Shown here: in pieces, positions 11,395 through 26,277 of the stretch
How the letters are laid out: each line of letters starts with the position of its first letter
Numbering within the stretch: the stretch's first letter is position 1
DNA from: Podarcis erhardii
Taxonomy: Eukaryota
NCBI GenBank assembly: GCA_964252035.1
Contig: OZ176200.1
Direction: 5' to 3' (one strand)
Length of the DNA stretch: 64,000 nucleotides
Notes under the pieces: generated by a model
What the model was told of the DNA's origin: nothing
What the model saw: the letters and a program-made list of their open reading frames with translations, nothing else
The model's database searches: none
Made by a program: the position numbers and the translations under genes

Positions 11395-13891
11395 TACACC
11401 ACACTGGCTTCCTAGAGTACTTCTGCTATGGGGCAGCTCTATAAATTGTTGGTAAATAAATTTGGGAAAACAGAATGTCACTTAGAGAAGAATCTGAAAT
11501 AGTTCCCTTGAAGCTTGATTTTGTTTTATTCTGGATTGCTTCAATTGATGTTTTAATGTGGTGTTAACTGTTTTGAGATCTTTTCTTTAAAATATAAAGC
11601 TGTATAGAAATGAAATGTATACCAATAACGATAATAATAAATTTCAGTGCAAAAGACACCACAGCAACGTGCCTAGACATTCTGTTGTAGTGACCATAAC
11701 CTTGGTTTAAGGTGCCATTTGGTGACTAGCTTATATATCTAAGTTTCTAACTCTGGCTGAGCCTCTAGTTCTGCCTTTTGCATCAGAAATGCCCATTGTT
11801 ATGGAGAGTTTGAATATATTCTGTTGTAAATGAATGCTGAAAATATTCCTACTACAACTTGGGAAGAAAATCAGTTGTCCCCAGAATGCTTCATCAATAT
11901 GGCCGCAGTTATTTCACCTTTGGAGCAGGTAATTTAATCTGCTGGAACAGAAACTCATGACTACATCCATTCTTTTTGTGTCCTCTTTCCCTAGAAGGTT
12001 TTGTGTACCTTCTCAACTTTCTTTAGTTTCCCCTTAATGTTCTCCCTAATCACAATTCAGGAAAAAAAACCTGCTGTTTAAAGGGAACAAAAGTGAACCA
12101 TCTAGGACAAAATTGATGTCTATATGTCTAGTATATTGTCTAGCATTCATTGTAGTTTTCATAAAGAAGAAGATTCACAAGCAGACAGCTCTATGAATAA
12201 GTATATGTAAATATATTTTTAAAAGAAACTTGGATTAAGAACATAAAAGTGGTGTTGCTGGAACAAGTCAGTCACATACTGTTGGAGTGCTTGCAGACAG
12301 GACACTATGCTACAGCCATATCGTGCTGTTTACCCCTAGTGATCAGAGTTAAATTGCCTATAAGCATTGGGACTTCATTTCTTTTTTTTTATGTCAGCTG
12401 AATTTGTCTAATCCTCTATTTTAAAAAGCTTTCAAAGCTTATAACCATCACAAGGAATAGCAATTATTGGGTGAAGAAGAAATTCGTTTTGCCTGCCCTG
12501 AATTTATCTACTGTCCATTTCACTGCATGACCTCATCACTGAAAGGTTCTCATAGTTATCACTATACATTAAAGATCTTTTAAGTCTTTCAGGAGTCCTA
12601 AATCTTTCAGCATAAAAGCATCTCTCTTTCTGGTGGTTGACAAAAGTTGGCCAGACCAGTTATGTGAACCCAAAACATTCAACAGATTTGTCATTGTGCT
12701 TTAGTGTTCAAGTAGTTTCAGAAACAGTCAGTTGTGCATTGATAGATAAATGTGAGCACATGAAGTTAAACTTGCACTGATAGTGTTTAGATATTAGTTC
12801 ACATTGTATTGCTCATATAATAAGGGAGTATGAGGAATTTAGGGGAGGAGTTGGAGCTTAGAGCACAGAAATAATGCAACTAAAGTTGAGAAAATTAGAA
12901 AGTGGTTCAGTCTATGACAGTAAAATGCAACTTATAAATATTTATCAATATACACTCGGATAAACTTAGTAGTAATGGCCTACAGCTGCTCTTCAAGAAG
13001 GCAGCAGCAAAAAAACACACAAACAATAACCCTGGAAGGGGTTTAATAGGTTAGATCTAAAATATGTCAATAAAATTAAGGAAGTTTGTGCCCTGTCATG
13101 CCTAGCATAAGAAAAAACATGAACTTTGTTATGAAAAGGATGAATAAAATGCTAGCAGTTATGCTGAAAGTGCAGGGGTAGCAAAAATACTTTTTTGATT
13201 ACTGTTAATTAATCTTTATAACATTTGAATGTCTTGTCATTCCATATCCCGAAGGCTTTGAATGAATCGCAGCATTTTAAAATTAAATGTTAAATAAATA
13301 AAGTTAAATAACTCCACATGGACGTGGAAATGTTATGTAATGGATTACATCAAATTTTGTGGAAGACATTAATTTACTTAATTTAGCAAATCTTGAAGGA
13401 AATGAGATTGAGGGTTTCTTATGAAGTAATTAACGAAGCAGTTAAATGCTAAGTATTAGTGTCTCTTCTGTGCTGAAGGTAGCTTGACATCTTGGTTTTG
13501 CAATTTTATGTTGCATTTACAGGCTGTGGCATTAAAAAATACTTTTCTTTTTATGTTACTATGGGGAGATACTCAAATAGCTCCATGCTGATTGAGAGAG
13601 CACATTTTTGCAGATACAGGGTGCAGTCTACCTTTAATGAACACAGAGAACAATTAAAACTTCTAAAAACAGATTTAGACCGGGAAATATCTCAAAATGC
13701 TTCTGAAAGGGTTAGGCCTTCATTTGGCACTGAAAAGACCACAGAGATGGCACCTAGCTAGTACTTAATGAGAGGGAATTCTAAAGGGTACGAGCCACTA
13801 ACAGCCCAATTCCTATATAGTTTGGAACAGACCTTTCCTGCAGAGTACAGTGATTGATTGGATATACGAGGTGTGGGATAATCCTTTAGGT

Positions 13892-14024
13892 CAGTGTTTC
13901 CCAAACTTGGGTCTCCAGCTGTTTTTGGACTACAATTCCCATAATCCCTGAGTGCTGGTTCTGCTAGCTAGGGATGATGGGAGTTATCAAAAAACAGCTG
14001 GAGACCCAAATTTGGGAAACACTG
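13892..14024. mobile_element. Palindromic hAT-type MITE
   Basis: CAGTGTTTCCCAAACTTGGGTCTCCAGCTGTTTTT ... AAAAACAGCTGGAGACCCAAATTTGGGAAACACTG. Flanks CTTTAGGT and CTCCAGGT match 6/8, consistent with a decayed 8-bp TSD. Confidence 0.8.
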
Positions 14025-15809
14025 CTCCAGGTCTTGAGTATTTGGTAAGCTGAGAATATTCAATTTAGGTACAATCAATTAGCTCTAGGGCAATCATACT
14101 AATAAGGAAATTCAAGGGATTTTATTTTGCACAGGAGTATTAAACACATTTTAAAATCAATTTTTGAGGGGAAATGCAGTACCATGAAGCCCAACATACA
14201 AATTATCTATTGATGACAAGAATAGAAACTAATTGGAAGAAGGATAAATTGAGATATCTCCAATTCCCATCCTTTAGGATTTAATAATGGTACCATAAAT
14301 AGTAGCTCAATTTCTTGGATCTTTGCAGCATAATCAGCAGATTGACTTCTTGATTTTGAGAAGTAAATATGCTCAGTCGACAGTTTGTTCTTGAGAACCC
14401 TCTTGGTGGACCCAAAGCTTCTCACCATTCAGAAATAGTGAGGGATATTTTTGAGCTATACACTAGAGTAATTTGACCTTAAATTTAGTGAATGTGGCAT
14501 TTTATTCTAAAACACTTGATCATTACTAGAAATATTAAGACCTACATGAATTGAACATAATGTATGTGTTTAAAGATTAGTACTGAAAGTTACTATTTCA
14601 GAACCTGTTTAGATTTCCAGTCCAGCAGATCCCAAGCAGTTTCAATATCCGGGCTAAGGGAAATTTATGTAATTTAAAATATTCTATACTGTTTTTCTTA
14701 AAGAAAAAAACCAACATAGTGCACACAAGGACACAGTATCAGATAGATCACGCAAAATAAAAATAATCAGTAAATCCAACAGCAACAGAAATAATCAGTT
14801 AGCCATTACTGATCAACCAGTTGGATCTCATCTCGACCATGAACTCACTTGGTGGCATTAAGTGGGGAATTTGTGGCCCTCCAGATATTGCCAGACTGCA
14901 GCTCTGACCAACAGCTATGCTGCCTGGGACTGATGGAGTCCAACAACATATTGAGGGCCACAGATTTCTGACACTTGAATTATTGAGAGAATGTTACGTG
15001 AAGTGCTTTGATCACTCAAAAACTCCATGTGGGTATGAAGTATTCATTATCACTCACTTGGATATTTATATTCTGTTTGCAATGAAGGCAGTGTAGAAAA
15101 GAAAATCAGCTCAGGAACCACACCAGATTACACTGCACATAGACGTGTGCATTTGTCGGGGTGGGGGTGGGGGGAGAGATTGGTAATGTATGAAGTGCTG
15201 CTGGTATGTTATGAAGTAATCTCATGTGCTTTTCTTTTACAGTTGTAGCTTCCTTAACTGATATTTCAGCTTCCTCAAGACTGTTCTCAACCCCTAAAAC
15301 TGAGCACTATTCTGTTTTCTTCCTCCTCTCTTGCAATGTTTGAGCCTATATCTGATCAGCATCTAGGACAGAGTGTTTTGAAAGTAAAATATATGCTTTT
15401 AGGGAACAGCTCCTTTAATTTGTTGATAATTGCAAGCGTAGATATTATCTCCGTTCCTTTGACATCATACCCGTGGTTTGTTTATATACTCTTTCATTGG
15501 TGATTTCAGGTGAGTTGTCAAAAATAAAATAATAAATACATATAAGACAGACAGATAACATACAAACTGAAGAGTGTAAAGTACTGGAGATGGTCATAAT
15601 GTTTTAAGTGCCTGCATAAATGTTTTTGCCTGGTGTCTAAAAGACAGCAAAGTTGGTGTCAGGCATACCTCCCTGAGGGAGGGCATTATGTTTACATGCC
15701 TGTTACCCATAATTAATGCTAACAAAAGTTCTCTCTGTTAGAGTTTACAAACCTGCTTTAGATACAGCAGTTCATACTCCCTTTATTTGCCAGCCTTAAG
15801 GTCTTCTGA

Positions 15810-16090
15810 GTGTTGGAAGACTCAGGACAGACAAAAGAAATACTTCTTCACACAGTGTTAAATTAAACACTAGGATTCACTCTCCCCAAAAGTAGTGGTG
15901 GCAATGAGAATTGGGCATTCATGGAGGATAGTGGCTGTTAGTCATGATGGCAGTGTTCTGCCTCTGTGTACCATTTGTTAGGAATCGCAAGTGGGGAAAG
16001 CGCTGTTACACTTAGGACATTTTTGTGAGCATCCTGTAGTCATCCGGTTGGTTACTGCAAGAACTGGATGCTAAACTAGATGTACCAGCT
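15810..16090 (+). mobile_element. Degenerate CR1 3' fragment
   Basis: CAGGACAGACAAAAGAAATACTTCTTCACACAG...TTCATGGAGGATAG..GGCT.TTAG...GGATGCT.AACTAGATG. Boundaries approximate. Confidence 0.6.
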
Positions 16091-16771
16091 CTGCTTTTCA
16101 TCTAATGACCGTGCCAGCGAGCTTGAAGGAAAGATGTCTTGGACTGTGCTCAAGAGAGAGATTTGAAGAGTAGTTGCAAATTGAAACTATGAGTATTTTG
16201 AAGGAGGGGATTATTTATGTTTCAATAAACCTTCAAGGAGCATCTCCTTTCCAGCCCATAGTGACTCAGTCTGAGTTGTTTGCAGTGGCAAATTGTCACA
16301 TTATGAGAGAAAGAAACAAAAGCAGAAGTGAAGTAACTAGGTGTACCAGATGTACTAGATGTAACTAGCAGCAAATGTAAAAATAGGGTGTTTTGGTGTG
16401 GTTGCTTCACTTGTTTCCTCAATTCACCATGCCACCCAGTGTGCCATCTTGCTTTCTCCAAGGCACTGTCTGTTTCTTAAGGGAGATACCGCATTTTCAT
16501 TACTCAGTGGGCATGTTCATGGTACTGTCAGATTGAATAAGCTACTGAAAATTTATTGATGTTCTGTGCAGCTGAGAAGCAGGATATTAAAACTTAAAAT
16601 AGATAATAGATTTTATTGAAAATAATAAAAGTTGTTCTGAATTTAGCATTTTGGTCGTGCTGCTTAATTCTGTCTTCATTATCCATGCATATAAATTTGT
16701 AGTCTAGGAGCTAATCTTTCAACAGACTTACTGCGTGTTTTATAGGCTGCAGGTCTCCACTATGATTAGTA

Positions 16772-16997
16772 CAGTGGTACCTCAAGTTAAGTACTTAATT
16801 TGTTCCGGAGGTCCGTTCTTAACCTCAAACTGTTCTTAACCTGAAGCACCACTTTAGCTAATGGGGCCTCCTGCTGCTGCCGTGCCGCTGGACCCCGATT
16901 TCTGTTCTTATCCTGAAGCAAAGTTCTTAACCTGAAGCACTATTGCTGGGTTAGCGGAGTGTGTAATCTGAAGCGCATGTAACCTGAGGTACCACTG
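16772..16997. mobile_element. MITE family A copy
   Basis: TA|CAGTGGTACCTC ... GAGGTACCACTG|TA. Confidence 0.88.
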
Positions 16998-19939
16998 TAT
17001 ATCCAAAGGCTGCTGATGTTTGGTTGATGAACAAGACAAGTACCAGTGCCAGTAAATGTTTTTGCATTTGTATAGTTGTAGGTTCTCTTAACATATACAT
17101 GACAGCCCTTTAGATATTTGAAGATGGTTATCATCTTTCCCCTCAACACAGTGAGATGAACTGTTGATGCAACAAAACATGGTACACAAACATGCATATG
17201 GCTTTTGAGGAGCTAGCTATATGTTGTGCAAAATTGCATAGAAGCTTGATCCCACTATTTAAAGAAAGACACAGACTCTTTTTGTGGGAGGATTTGATGG
17301 AAGTAGTGTGGGAAGGGATGTTTAACCCTTCCCTACCTGCTCTTTTGACTTGGGTCTCCTAGCTGTTCCCACATGGAGTTAAAGATGTATTTACCTGCAT
17401 TTAGAATCCTGGATGGTGGGAAGCCACCCAAAGCTCCACCTCCATCGGTTTATTTTAATTTTTAAAAAATGACATGAGTGCCTCATCATACATATTTGTG
17501 TGTTATGTGTCTTTTACTCCAGAATTGGGCATGATCCAGTCCACTGTGGGTACATTGCCCATATTGAGCACAGTTGACAGTATCCAGAGGGAGAGCTAGA
17601 TGTGAATATGGAGAAAATGCAGAGATTTCCTATTTACTCTGAAGTTCCATAGTGCTGCATTTACACACTTTTTATGCATTTACAGGTAGATGGTGGGTGG
17701 GAAACAGGGCTCCATTGAGACTAAGTGAGTACTATGTGGGTGTTACACTCACAATGGACCAGATGAAGCTCCTAAAATTTAGGCCACCACATCAAATATT
17801 TTAAGTTCAAATTGTAAACTTGCTGTTGGAAAAAAGTAAAGTTATAATTTTACAAAGATAATCTTATTTTTGCATTTCTGTTTGGTCCGTTATTTGCTCT
17901 CAAGACCTTCTGCTGTAATGCAGCCACCCTTTATAGAGTGTAATATTAGTGCAGCATCTCCAGCCAGCCCTCTGTGACCTTTATGCTTTATCACCTTAAT
18001 CAAGCTACCTGCTTGACATTTTTAAAAGAAGATTTTTTCTCTTCTTGGCAGTTCTTGATGTGTATGGCATTATTCTTTAACTATAGATAATTTCCTAGGA
18101 ATACGTGCATATTAAGAAGATACAAAAGGTCGGAGAAATCGTGAGCACTATTCAAAGCCCTTCAGAATATTGCATTATAATTTGTAGCTCAAAAACCAAA
18201 TGGTTTGCGCTAAAGCGCTGCACCTGGAAAAATAGTTGAATCCATCATTTGACCCTGATCCATGAGTCTCTTATCTACGATCCATAAATTTTGTACAGGC
18301 TTGGTAGCCAGTTAAAATTTGTGCTAAAGATGGGGAGCAGGATCTTGATTGTGATGTCACACTGAGTGCTGCACTACAAGAACCAGCCTTTCCCTGGACA
18401 GCTTCAAGCTGTGGTTCTTTTTTTTTTTCTTCTGGTCTTCTGAGAGGCTCAGAAAGTAGCAAGAGATTTCACTTATTCAATGTGAAGTTTGCAATATCTC
18501 TTCTGTGCTTAGAGAAAGGAGAGGGGGAAGGTGCAAGGCATTGCACTGTCTCTAAAAGGATTGCAAAGCAGGGAGGCATATTGTCACTTTTCAGTCCTTC
18601 AATCCATGTGAAGTCTGAGCAGTGTGAAGTCTGGTAGGAGGTCTTGCAGGAAAAATATGTGCTTGTCAATGGTGAGCTGGCAAACAATTTTCACATTTTT
18701 ATCATGTGAACTCAACATTAAATATAATAAATAAGTTAATTGTGTACTGCATCTATAAAAATCAGTTCCCAGCATCATGGGACTCGGGACTCTCAAGGGA
18801 GCTTACATTCTTACCTCTTACAGTCCACACAGTCAGTTTCATGAAAGGCATTTTGCTAGTAATAAATTGGTAATGGAGACTATGTGTGAACTCAGCCTAA
18901 AACAGCCAACAGAATATTCAGAAGAAAGACATGTAGTATTAAACAAGTGATTCCTCTGAGGAAGAAGAAATCTCTTGATTATGACAATAGAACATTCTGC
19001 AAAACTCAAAACTGGCCGAAACATATAAATACTTTTTCTTGAGGGCTTAATATTGGGCTCCATTCCTAATACTTTGTTCCCTGTTGTCTGGGATCTGTAT
19101 CTGCTACAGTGTGTATGTATCCGCTCTCTGGATCAGCAACAGGAATTCTGTCATAAGGAATATATTAGTATATTTATTCATATGAAGTTATAGCAGTCTT
19201 AATAAAGATCTTTATCCGACCACATGTTATTCTTCAATAGCACACATGTAGAGAAGATATAAACATCTATTAAATGCCAATGTAGTATTTTAAAAACGCT
19301 GGATGCAGCAACTGGCAATTGGACCTGAACAATGCAGTCTTTGCTGCTTTTTTTGCAGTATCGCAAATAAGCAAATTCTTCCAATGTAGAAGCCATATTT
19401 ATTTCAGGATTAGATTTAAGACTCCACTTTGAAAAACAAACAGGAAGGGAAAACGTTAACTATTTCAGGAAAGGAAATGATATGCATCCACTTCTCCTTT
19501 TTATACATGAGACTAGATAAATCATTCAGATTTGGCACGTGAATTACCTGTCCAGTAATTCCTTGCAGCTGTGGCAGGTCTGATGTGCATACAGAGCTCT
19601 GACCCCTTACCACAGCTTCCCCTCCGCTTTCAGTAACATCTCTGTGTAGAAGACATGCCTATGTAGAGCTGCCCTCTCTTTCAAAATGATTGGAGAAGGC
19701 TGTTTATTTAGGTGCCTTGGGTGTTTAAGTCTGGATAGGAGTGTCAGCTGAAATTTTAGTTAAGCATGCAAACATTAGCACTGTTTTTAAAAGTTCTTAC
19801 TCTGTTAATATCTGTCTATGTTTGTTTTACATATCCTGTAAGATGCACTTCCTCAAAAGGAGGGTTACTTTTGTAATTGCTACTTTTTATGTCACATGTT
19901 TGGATACGCCTTGTAAAATTGCTATTCTTTCCCGTTTAG

Positions 19940-20033
19940 GCCTCAGGGTAACTATGTTGCTGACATCATCCCTCATGGTGGTAGGAGCTGGCCTGAGATG
20001 TGTTCCTGTATCAGACCAAGAAACAAGGAAATG
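19940..20033 (+). CDS. SLC49A4: SLC49A4 coding exon 2
   Basis: Acceptor TTTCCCGTTTAG|G, donor TG|GTGAGA. 94 nt, encodes (G)LRVTMLLTSSLMVVGAGLRCVPVSDQETRK(W). Phases 1 and 2 fit the neighbouring exons. Confidence 0.96.
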
Positions 20034-23000
20034 GTGAGAGGTTTATTATTTGTTCTTTAGTGGCTGGGGAGGGGGACCTTTCCAAATTATCTTGTATCAG
20101 TAGGATATAAGGGTTTTACTGTGAAGACTGTGGTGTAGCTAAAGCATATCTGGTGACGCATAACCATTGCGATAACCGGTAGCAGTTGGAAGATGTTGAA
20201 GTAACCTAGTTGAAGACATTCTGCAGTTTAAATCTATTTTTCTACCACGGAAAGCTACATGAGAAAAATCCCATAAAACCATTCTAATGGCATTTTTTCC
20301 CCTTAGGGCTGAATAAGATTATTTGTGAGATACAGTACTGTATGTAGCATCCAGCTACTAGACTGTGTTTCAGTCACACAGGAGGGGAGAGACACCCCCC
20401 TCCCACCCCATGTGCTACCTTCTAGATAAGGACCACCCCCTTTCCTGACCACCAGATATTCTGAGATTTGAAAGGGTTATGAAGACTGGCCTCTTAACCA
20501 CCTTCTGCCTCAGATGCTCTAATTTTGCAAGCTGTTAGGTCATGCCCACAATACTGTGGTTCACCAGCAATGGAAATAAAACTTGAAGGAATTTGTCATG
20601 GTTTAAACACAACAAAAGAATGAATATGTAGCTCTGCATGTGTGAGGACCATTAAAATATATTTTCTGACTCCCAAGTGTCTAGAGCAGGTAAAAAACAA
20701 CCAAAATCAGATTGTAATTGCCTTGTGGTCCCCAGATCATACCCCTGGTTATAGTAGAACTGATTCTACATTCATGAGACTCGCTTCCACCATTGTCACT
20801 GCCAATATGAAACTCACCCAGACTCAAAAACAGTAAATAACAACAACACCACCACAGCCAACAACAACAACAATGTAGTGTTTATCTGTGCAGGATAGTT
20901 TGAAAATGGGATATTTGAACATTCTGCAAAAAATAATAATTAATCTGATATAGTAAAATCAGCTTAAGTCCAAAGTGGAACGTAGAACTTTGCTCACAAG
21001 GAAAGGGGCACATCACATTAGAAAGGCCAGATGGTGTTTGCTCAAATATGAGATATGTATGTGCTTTTATTTGTAGAACAAAAAAAGTTTATTAAATAGT
21101 CCACCACAACTCCTCGCAATTTTCAAGTGGTTTGCGAGAGTCTGATGGGGAACTGCTCAAGGGCAGAGCTCTAGGTTTCGCAAGGCAACTCAAAAGAGAC
21201 ATAGCTATGGCTGTAGTTGTAGCCACAACACTAGTTGTGTCCTACATTCTAGGTTACTCCTCATGCGTCCTTTCTAAAATGTTAACATTTCCACTTCTTT
21301 TAAAAAGTAGCTTTCCAGGACTCTGTTTATTTAAAAAAAATGTCAGGTAACTTTTGTGCAAGGCATAGAAACCAAGTAGGATATTGGAAGGGCTTCCAGC
21401 GAGTAGGGACTTGACAGATGGTGCAATTTTCTGCCCTCTGTATACTCCCTCTGCCATTTTCTTTCCAGACCTTTTTGCAAAATGAATTAGCTTTGTTTAT
21501 AGTGCTGGATATGCAGCAAATCCACATGTGTGTTGCATCCAATAATATAAACAAAACTTATTTATTTTGGGGGAAAAATAATGTGTGTTTTCCAGAATTG
21601 CATTTTGTAGGGAATTACTTCTATCTCTGATTCTATAAGCATATTATATTGTCATTTATTTCCCTTCTGCCTTACTATCAGTACAATTATTCACTCCACT
21701 CTATATCTGCAGAGCTTCCCCTCCCTCTTTGTAGTGCATCTACAGAGCCAGAATGTGCATTCTGTGTGTCAATCATTCAACATTTCTCACCACTGTGGTT
21801 TGGTTTTGACCCTTTTGAAAATATATAAATTGTGATAGCTCTGTGAAACTAAAAATGTGAACATTAGTTGTTCCTTTGATGCTTACGGTAGGCTTTCAAA
21901 AGAAATGATGCTGTGTCTTATGTGTTATTGAGTATTATGAAGTTTATGCCATGTTTACAGTTACATTCCTTTCCCCCTCAAGTCTCCTTCAAAAATATTT
22001 GAACTTATAACTTGAGCTTTTCAGCTTGGTTAGGATCTGAATAAGTTTTGTGTGCTTAACAAGGTCATTTAGAAAGAACAGTGCACTTAGCTTGATTGTA
22101 TTTACCTACAAAAGGAACATAAAGTATTATCCGAGGGCAAGATCATCTTTTTTATGGATATTTGCCAAGCATTTGTCATCTTTCTGAGTGAAATAAGCAG
22201 CTTAGTATAAAACAATAATGTCTTAATGACCTATTGATTGTTTTAGGGTTGGGCTGCAGTGTGAGATTTAATTAATTTTGTTTTTAAAGCACTTTGAAGT
22301 TGGGACCAACATACCCACTGAAGTTCAAAGTATTAATAATTTTATTATTTGTGGGCAGCATGCAGTGCATTGGGTTACTTTCCCTCATATAAAAATCAAT
22401 AAAACAATTGGCAAAAAAACCCTGTTCACATGCCAAGTTCCTGTGAGGAAAGGAAACTGTTGGGCTGCCAGCATCTATATACTTAGCAATGAGTAATAAA
22501 CCTTCAAGGGAAGCTATTTTGTGATGGGATTTGTAGGGGGGGGGGCATTAGGCAAGAGTGCTTAGTAGTTGGACCAAATTTTAAACAGGCCATTTGATTG
22601 GGCTTGAGAAGTCCTAATGAATTGATTGTTCTTGCAGAAGTCATGCAATTTAAGATTTAGACCTGGTAATTTAGGATGTGCCCTTTGGATGGTGGGTTTC
22701 TGGCTCAGTCGCAGTTCTCCGTGACATAAAATTCTTGGAAAGAATGTGCCTTTGATTATGTTGTGAGTGTGAGAGTTCTCAATATTTTGGCCATTTTAAC
22801 TAGTCTTAGCACTCCAAAGAGTTAGACAAGAGTTGTCTATACACCCCCATTTGCTTTGCATCCAATGCCCTCCAACCACTGAGAAGTGGTGTACACACAA
22901 TGTTACTCACAGTCTGTATTTATCCTGTATTTGTCCTGTTGTTTCTTAGCAATACTGCTCTTCTGTATTCAGATTCTACCACACTTGAATCACTCTTCCA

Positions 23001-25613
23001 CAACTCTGATTTATTTTGCCAACTGCCCAGTGTATCTGCAAACTGTGGCACTATCTTCCACAGCACACTGACACAACAATCTCAGCAGATGCAATAACTG
23101 TTTCAAGCGCCTCCAATAAGGTCCTCAGCTACGTAGACATTACTATTATGAAACACAGCTATTTATTTCTTTTTATCAATTCAGATTGAATTTGGTTCGC
23201 TGAAAAATGCATCAAAATTTAGTAAGCTTGGAGAGGGAGGAGAGGAAGAACCAGATGGCTCAGCTGTAAAGTGCTCTTGTCTTCAGGCATGGATAGCCAT
23301 GTTATTGTTGGGGTTTCACTGGTCAATGGAAATCCGTTGTTTTTCCCCCAGCTCTTTTTCCATCCAATTTCAAACCGTAGTTTATGAAGGTGGCTTGCTT
23401 TTCCACTAACCATAGTTAATATTAACCAGAAGAAATTGCAGTTAACTTAAAATGAAGCGGAAGCTTCCAATCTTCTCCTTGCAGCTGTGTCAGGAGAGGG
23501 AAGTGTGGAAGCCTGGGTGGGAAGCTAGGCCTATTCTTATTATGTCTGAATGCAGCCATTTTATCTTTTAATGGCTACAATTGGATTCATTAGTCCGCTC
23601 GTGCCATCGATGAGAAATCATTCACTGCTAAATCTCTTTGCTGCATCTGGTTAGTATCAGAGTAAGAGCCCATACCAGCCTTCTGCAGCCTGGTGCTTTC
23701 CTGATCTTGTGAGACCCCATAAGCCCCAGCCAGCATGGCCAGCGGTCAGTAATGAGTTACACACCAAAACATTTTGGAGAGTACCAGGTTGGGGCAGGCT
23801 TGGCCTACAACCTCACTATGTCTATTTGTTTTGTGTGCTGCTTTTTTTAAAAGTGTGGCTTTATGGAAGAAAACCATCATGTTGAAACGGGTTGTTTTTG
23901 TTTTCTTCTTGTTGTTTTTTTAACATGTTCCCTGCAAGCTTCAATTCTGTTTGCTCCTCTATTTCAAACTTTGACCGACGAAACATTCTCAAGTGTCTGA
24001 CAGCTGTGATGGCTGTGCAATAACACGGCATTATGATGTGACGATCTGAGAGAATATGTCGCTGTACTGTCAGGGGTCTTGCTGCATCGTTATATTGTTG
24101 CCTTTAAACTGTCAGGATGTCTGACAGAGATGCCATTGTCTTGGCTTGGTATTGCAGTGTTCGTTTCATTGCAAATTTTTGACTCTTGCTTGGCAGGCTT
24201 TCAGTAAAAAAAAGTTTCACAATAATGAGATTCCCCCCCCCCCCCGGTCCATTTCATAAAAAATGGAAGTCCATTGTGCTTCAGAATCCTTATACTTTTC
24301 TTTAAAACAATAGCAGCAAGAAACAAACAGACCCCAAAGATAAGTGAGAGGATCTAGCCAAGTTCAGCGTCAAAACTACTCCAGACTTATGTTGGATGCT
24401 TTCATATTTGCTCTTTCTTTTCTAGCTAGGAGCAGTTCCTATATCAAGCCACAGTGTCTTAGTTAGAAGAGCCTATTAGCTTCACTTATTTCTCTGCTTT
24501 CTCCCTGAGATGTGTCTTATTTTATTTTTAGTAGTATTATTAAGCAAAATCATTCGCACGCTACCCATATTGTATTAGGTGATTACATAACATTGAAAAT
24601 GAAGCCAGATATACAAGCTAAATACAGATTTAGCAAGGGGAAAACCTTTACAGTACAAATATATCATTTAGCAATGATAACTTGGCAGCGCATTGTTTGC
24701 ATGGATTTGTATAGAACAAGACACTTCTACATAAATATCAGTGGGTGGAAATGCTAGTTCTGCAAAAACAAACAAACCCTTTATTTTTCAGCTACATGTG
24801 AATATATGGCCATCTCTGGACCGAGATAGCCTGACCCTTGTCCATGTGCTGGCAACCCCCAGATTGGATTACTATTGGATTAATATTATGTTTTTCAAAA
24901 GACGGGGTAGTTTTATGTTATCCATTTTCATATATATTATATTCGCCAATACTTTGAAAGGCTTGTTTGATTCTTTAGTGGGATTTAGTTTCAGTAGTCT
25001 TGTTTGCTAGTTTGTGCAGTAGCTAAATATGCTCATTGGGTCGTATCCATTGGGTCTATCTGCTGATGGAGAGAATCTGTTAGTGAAAGGAGGGGAAACA
25101 ATTGATAGCAATTTCTGCCCTCTCCAGCTGCAGCTCCTGCTCCTAAATCTCCTCCAAATGGTTGGGGAATCATCTAGAGGGGCATTGGTGAGTGATAATA
25201 TTTTATAACATACTGATTTTAAAGAGACCCCCCCCTTGGGGTGCTACACACTGTAATCTATATGTAATTATGTTTGGTTACAAATGTTTGGCCACAGAAG
25301 AGGAAGTTGCTAAAATACATGTGGTTGATTCATCTAAGGAGTGAACCCCTTTTTTTAAATGTTGCATTTGGACTATATACAGAATATAGGAATGCTTTCT
25401 TAACACTGGTATGTAGTATATATGACACATGGAATATGAAATAATTATTTTCATGTTTGTAAACTCACCATTGAGGATATTACCTTAACTTTGTCTTTTT
25501 GCAGTTGGATTGTGTTAAGGAGAGCAGAACTGTTTTCTGTTTTCATTTAAACACAAAACAAAATAAAAAATTCCTTCCAGTAGCACCTTAAAGACCAACT
25601 AAGTTAGTTTTTG

Positions 25614-25651
25614 GTATGAGCTTTCGTGTGCATGCACACTTCTTCAGATAC
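25614..25651 (-). ncRNA. Minimal type I hammerhead ribozyme motif (Penelope pLTR)
   Basis: Reverse complement reads GTAT-CTGAAGA-A-GTGTGC-AT-GCACAC-GAAA-GCTC-ATAC. Confidence 0.8.
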
Positions 25652-26277
25652 ACTGAAACAGAAGTCACCAGACCCTTCTATATAGTGAGAAGGTAGGGAG
25701 GGGTATTACTCAGAAGGGTGGTGGGAATGGGTGATTGGCAGATAGCTGTGATGAGCCTGTTGACGACTCTTAACGACTGCAATACATTGTGTATGCCATC
25801 AAATGCCAACAGTGTCCTTCAGCTCTCTATATTGGACAAACAGGCCAAACCTTACGCCAAAGAATAAACGAACATAAATCTGACATCAGGAATCACAAGA
25901 CAGAGAAACCAGTAGGAGAACACTTCAATCTTCCAGGACATTCTATACAAGATCTCAAAGTAGCTGTTCTATTACAAAGGAATTTCAGAAATAGACTGGA
26001 AAGAGAAGCTGCTGAATTGCAACTTATTACCAAACTTAAAACCATGGAGAGACCTGGTCTGAACAAAGACATTGGATTCTTATCTCATTATACATGACAA
26101 AGCCATTTTTCACCTTCTCACCCCTTGCTTTTTCCTGTAAGACCTATTGCAGTCGTTAAGAGTCGTCAACAGGCTCATCACAGCTATCTGCCAATCACCC
26201 ATTCCCACCACCCTTCTGAGTAATACCCCTCCCCACCTTCTCACTATATAGAAGGGTCTGGTGACTTCTGTTTCAGT

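Noticed and set aside
19199-19396. Minus ORF starting MASTLEEF resembles HSPBAP1 EATLEEF
   Set aside because: Only a 5-residue match, on the wrong side of the promoter, with no further similarity or splice sites.
24027-24134. Possible C/D-box snoRNA (GGCAT..ATGATGT ... CTGA..ATGCC)
   Set aside because: The C box is imperfect, the D box is 5 nt from the putative terminal stem, and no guide complementarity was recognised. The enhancer reading fits better.
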